From the NCBI RefSeq assembly GCF_004010195.1, contig NC_057720.1, forward strand, positions 34,232,669 to 34,259,250: a stretch of DNA of 26,582 nt, written 5' to 3'. Shown here piece after piece: positions 22,690 to 26,582 of the stretch. The stretch's first letter is position 1. The number at the start of each line of letters is the position of its first letter. The translations under genes were made by a program, and so were the position numbers. The notes under the pieces were generated by a model. That model had not been told where the DNA came from. It was given only the letters and a program-made list of their open reading frames with translations, and did not search any database. Origin of the DNA: Chiloscyllium plagiosum (Eukaryota).

Positions 22690-24835
22690 AATCTTAATAA
22701 ATAGCATAAAAGCAAAAGAGAAAGCATATAAAGTCGCAAAGAACAGTGGTAAACCAGAGGATTGGGAAGTTTATAAAGATCTTCAGAGGGCAACAAAAAA
22801 AGAAATAAGGAGGGAGAAGATTAAGTATTAGGGCAAGCTAGCCAGTAATATAAAGGAAGACTTTCAGAGTTTCCTTTGATATATAAAGGGCAAAAGAGAG
22901 GCAAGAGTGGACATTTGGCCACTGGAAAATAACACAGGAGGGATAGTAGTGGGGAACAAAGAAATGGCTGAGGAGCTGAATAATTACTTTTCATCAGTCT
23001 TCACAATGGAAGACATGAGTAATTTCCCAAAAATTTAAGAGAGTGAGGGGTCAGAGCTGAGTATGGTGGCCATCACCAGCGAGAAGGTGCTAGAAAAACT
23101 GAATAACTGGAAGGTAGATAAATCACCTGGACCTGATGGACTACACCCCAGGGTTCTAAGGGTGATAGCTGAAGAGATAGTAGAGGCATTAGTGGTAAGC
23201 TTTCAGGAATCACTACAATCGGAAAACTACTAAAGTAACACCCCTGTTAAAAAGGGAGTAAAGCAGAAAACGGAAAATTATAGATCAATTAACCTAACCT
23301 CGGTCATGGGTAAGATTCTGGAATCCATTGTGAAGGATGAGCTTTCTGAAAGGAAGTGTATGGTAAAATAGGGCAGAGCCAGCATGGTTTCATCAAGAGG
23401 AGGTCATGCCTGAAAAATCTGCTAGAATTCTTTGAGGAAGTAATGAGCACATTAGATGAAGGAGAAACAATGGATGCTATCTACCTTGATTTCAAAAAGG
23501 TCTTTGACAAGGAGGCTACTGAGTAAGATAAGGGCCCATGGTGTTAGAGGCAAGGTGCGAGCATGGATAGAAGCCTGGGGGATAAAAGGGTCCTTCTCAT
23601 GGTGGCAGCCGAAGACAAGTGGTGCTCTGCAAGGCTCAGTGTTTGGACCACAACTTTTCACTTCATACATTAACTATGTAGATGAAGGAACTGAGGGTAT
23701 TCTGGCTAAGTTTACAGATGGTACAAAAGTAGGTAGAGGGTCAGGTAGCATTAAGGAGGCAGGGATGCTGCAGATGGATTTGGACAGATTAGGAGAGTGG
23801 GCAAAGAAGGAGCAGATGGAGTACAATGTGGGAAAATGTGAGGTAATGCACCTCGGTAGGAAGGTTAGAGGCATGGACTATTTTCTAAATGGGGAGAACA
23901 TTCATAAGTCTGAAATGTAAAGAGACTCGGAAGTTCTAGTCCAGGATTCTCCCAAGGTAGACATGTAGGTTGAGTCAGTAGTTAGGAAGGCAAATGCAAT
24001 GATGGTATTTATTTTGACAGGACTTGACTATAAAAACAGTGATGTACTTCCGAGGCTATATAAGGCTCTCATCAGGCTACATTTGGAGTACTGTGTGCAG
24101 TTTTAGGCTCCATAGCTCAGGAAGGACCGACTGGCCCTGAAGCGTTTTCAGAGAAGATTCATGAGATTGGTCCCGGGAATGAACAGCTTAATATATAAAG
24201 CGTGTTTGAGGACTCTGGGTCTGTACCTGATGGAGTTTAGAAGGATAAGGGGGGGTAACTAATTGAAATGTACAGAATACTAAATGGCCTGGGCAGAGTG
24301 AATGTTGGGAAGATGTTTCTATTGGTAGGAGAGACTAGAACCCGAGAAGAAAGTGAGGACTGCAGATACTGGAGATCAGAGCTTAAAAATGTGTTGCTGG
24401 AAAAGCACAGCAGGTCAGGCAGCCAAAGGAGCAGGAGAATCGATGTTTCGGGCATCAGCCCTTCTTCAGGAATGAGGAGGGTGTGCCAAGCTCCTTTGAT
24501 GCTGCCTGACCTGCTGTGCTTTTCCAGCAACACATTTTTAGAACCTGAGGACACAGCCTCAGAGTAAAAGGAAGACCTTTTAGAACAGAGATAAGGAGAA
24601 ACGTCTTCAGCCAGACAGTGGTGAATCTGTGGAATTCACTGCTATAGAAGGCTGTGGAAGCCAGGTCATTGAGTATATTTAAAATGTACATAGATATCTT
24701 CTTTATTGTACAGGGGATTAAGTGTTATGAGGAGAAAGTGGTAGAATGGGGTTGAGAAACTTATCAGCCATGATTGAATGGCGGAGTAGACTTGATGGGC
24801 TGAATGGCCTAATTTCTGTTCCTATCGTCTTATAT
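22690..24835 (+). mobile_element. 5'-truncated CR1 LINE, ORF2 with RT domain to 3' UTR, disabled
   Basis: DKSPGPDGLHPRVL; SQHGFIKRRSCLKNLLEFFEEV; SGALQGSVFGPQLF...AKFTDGTK (degenerate FADDTK); KCEVMHLG; 3' tail gatgggctgaatggccta. Many stops and frameshifts. Confidence 0.95.
24347..24540. mobile_element. Family A PLE insertion with inverted duplication, nested in CR1
   Basis: Perfect 40-bp inverted repeat at 24384-24423 / 24501-24540. Flanked by tagaacccgag (24336-24346) and tagaacctgag (24539-24549). Hammerhead-like core at 24445-24469(-). Confidence 0.88.
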
Positions 24836-25460
24836 AGGAACTGTCTACAAACTACAGTGAGGTCATTAAACAGTTGTTATTCCACATATTTAAGGTCAAT
24901 TTTAGATATAATAAGATTAGGAAAAGCTGTAGTTTCCACTCCAATATCCAATGTCAGTATCATGGATTTGTAAACTGGGTATATATAATGGAGGTCAAAA
25001 CATATCTGGGGTCAAACGTTTCCTACTCCATCTCAATAATATACTCCAGTCATCTACCATGGAATAGGTAACTCTTGCCTCCACTGCATTACAACTACAT
25101 TTTTCAGTTCCTAAACCAATCATCCATTTGGGTAGTTATCTAAATAATGCCAATTATTGAAAATTCTGTCCATTTCTGTTTTTATGGAGGTTCCAAATTT
25201 ACACATAAATTTGTGAAGTAAGGAGGCAACTATGTGGGACCTCATTTCAGCACATGATTCATTTCTTCTTATATCCTCAAAGGCTTTAAAGAAAAAAACC
25301 TGTTCTCTTGAGTCTGGATATAGAATCCATGCTTTGGAAGTGAAAGGACAGGACTGTAAACTCAAAGCATTTAAAACCAATATCATTTCTAAGTGAAAAT
25401 ATGAGGAAGTACTTCACACTGGCTCTGAAAACATTTCTTAAAAATATAACAATTACTTAC

Positions 25461-25561
25461 AAATATAATGCTGGGTGACACAAAACGCCAACAGACTTGA
25501 AAGAAGATTGGAGGTGGAAAGCCAAGCATCATCTGAACATCCTTGAAATAGTTATGATGTC
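25461..25561 (-). CDS. slc6a9: GlyT1 (sodium/chloride-dependent glycine transporter 1), third-from-last coding exon, 101 bp
   Basis: Minus strand reads ttgtttcag|GACATCATAAC...ATTATATTT|gtaagt. It translates as (G)[33 protein letters not shown], closely matching mammalian GlyT1 [34 protein letters not shown] (recalled). It ends in phase 0, compatible with the next exon. Not present in the ORF track. Confidence 0.96.
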
Positions 25562-26019
25562 CTGAAACAAGAGATTTAATAGTCTTTTTCTTTATGTTAT
25601 ATTTGCATCATCAGTCAATGAAAGCAAAAAATGCATTAAATTCCATCCTAAAACTTGTGAAGGATAAATTTGTAAGCAACTATGCTAATAATTTTTGTGT
25701 CTGCTTTCAAAATTGAACTCTAATAAAACAAAAATCCAATTTGAATCTGGAATATCTCTGTGCTTGCATGTCAATTGAGTCTGCTTTCTGAAGTTCACTG
25801 ATTGTAACTTGGACACCGACTAAATATAAAATTGATGAGTAATCAGCACAGTCTGTCAGATTTTCTTCATCTTTCTCTCACAGACGCACAGATAGACAAT
25901 CACTTTTCTTAAGAAGGCACAACATAATTTTACCGAAATAAGTAAACTTCCAATCCTCCAATTTTTGTTTCCCAACCAGATTTTTGTTGGATGCTATCAC
26001 TTTGCTGCTTTAAGTGCTA

Positions 26020-26230
26020 CAGGAACAAAAGCAGATGGCATATTTTGTGGAGAGAAGGCAGTGTTACTGTTTCAGGTCCAGCGACCCTTCTTTAGAACCT
26101 TCCCTGTTCTGAAAAAGGGACACTGGACCTGAAACATTAACTCTGCTTCTCTCCATAGATGCTGCCAGACCTGTTGTGATTTTCTAGCAATTTCTGTTTT
26201 TGTTTCCGATTTCCAGCATCTGCAATTCTT
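26020..26230. mobile_element. Fold-back PLE-type terminus (family D)
   Basis: Imperfect ~50-bp inverted repeat at 26048-26098 / 26106-26155. Plus strand reads GTT-CTGAAAA-A-GGGAC-ACTG-GACCT-GAAACATT-AAC. The 3' end ccagcatctgca is shared with family A. Confidence 0.7.
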
Positions 26231-26264
26231 TAGTTGCAATTCTTTGGTAAGTGGCTACAGGACT

Positions 26265-26582
26265 GATAATGTGTTGCTGGAAAAGCGCAACAGGTCAGGC
26301 AGCATCCAAGGAGCAGGAGAATGGACGTTTCAGGCATGAGCCCTTCTTCAGAAATGAGGAAAGTGTGTCCAGCAGGCTAAGATAAAATGTAGGGAGGAGG
26401 GACTTGGGGGAGGGGCATTAGAAATGCGATAGGTGGAAGGAGGTTAAGGTGAGGGTGATAGGCCGGAGTGGGGGTGGGGGTGGAGAAGTCAGGAAGAAGA
26501 TTGCAGGTTAGGAAGATGGTGCTGAGTTCGAGTGTTGGGACTGAGACAAGGTGGGGAGAGGGGAAATGAGGAAACTGGAGAA
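26265..26582 (-). mobile_element. Longer family A PLE copy, runs off the window
   Basis: Family A terminus with core CTGAAGA-A-GGGC-TCAT-GCCT-GAAACGTC at 26324-26351(-), followed by purine-rich internal sequence whose start (aatgagga..gtgtg) is shared with 24471-24485. Confidence 0.82.

Noticed and set aside
23456..23920. 154-aa ORF with RT motifs as a functional reverse transcriptase
   Set aside because: It is a fragment of a disabled CR1. The catalytic FADD motif reads FTDG and the flanks have stops and frameshifts.

Overview
Eukaryotic genomic DNA, very probably from a shark: it is AT-rich, carries HE1-type SINEs and has abundant CR1/HER1-like LINE debris. The only well-supported gene is the 3' end of slc6a9 (glycine transporter GlyT1) on the minus strand. 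It has three coding exons with canonical GT-AG junctions (25461-25561, 20884-21054, 17716-17949), followed by a repeat-poor stretch of several kb that is probably a long 3' UTR. The rest is a nested mosaic of decayed CR1 and RTE LINE fragments, HE1 SINEs, Deu-type SINEs, a TA-flanked MITE and many Penelope-like element (PLE) pieces. The most notable non-coding pattern is that at least four unrelated PLE-type termini carry the same minimal hammerhead-ribozyme layout (CUGANGA + one extra base + stem II + GAAA-NN-UH, closed by a short stem I). Several of these occur as fold-back (inverted) insertions with apparent target-site duplications, some inside slc6a9 introns. All calls were made by eye. 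Repeat boundaries are approximate and family names come from recognition, not a database search.
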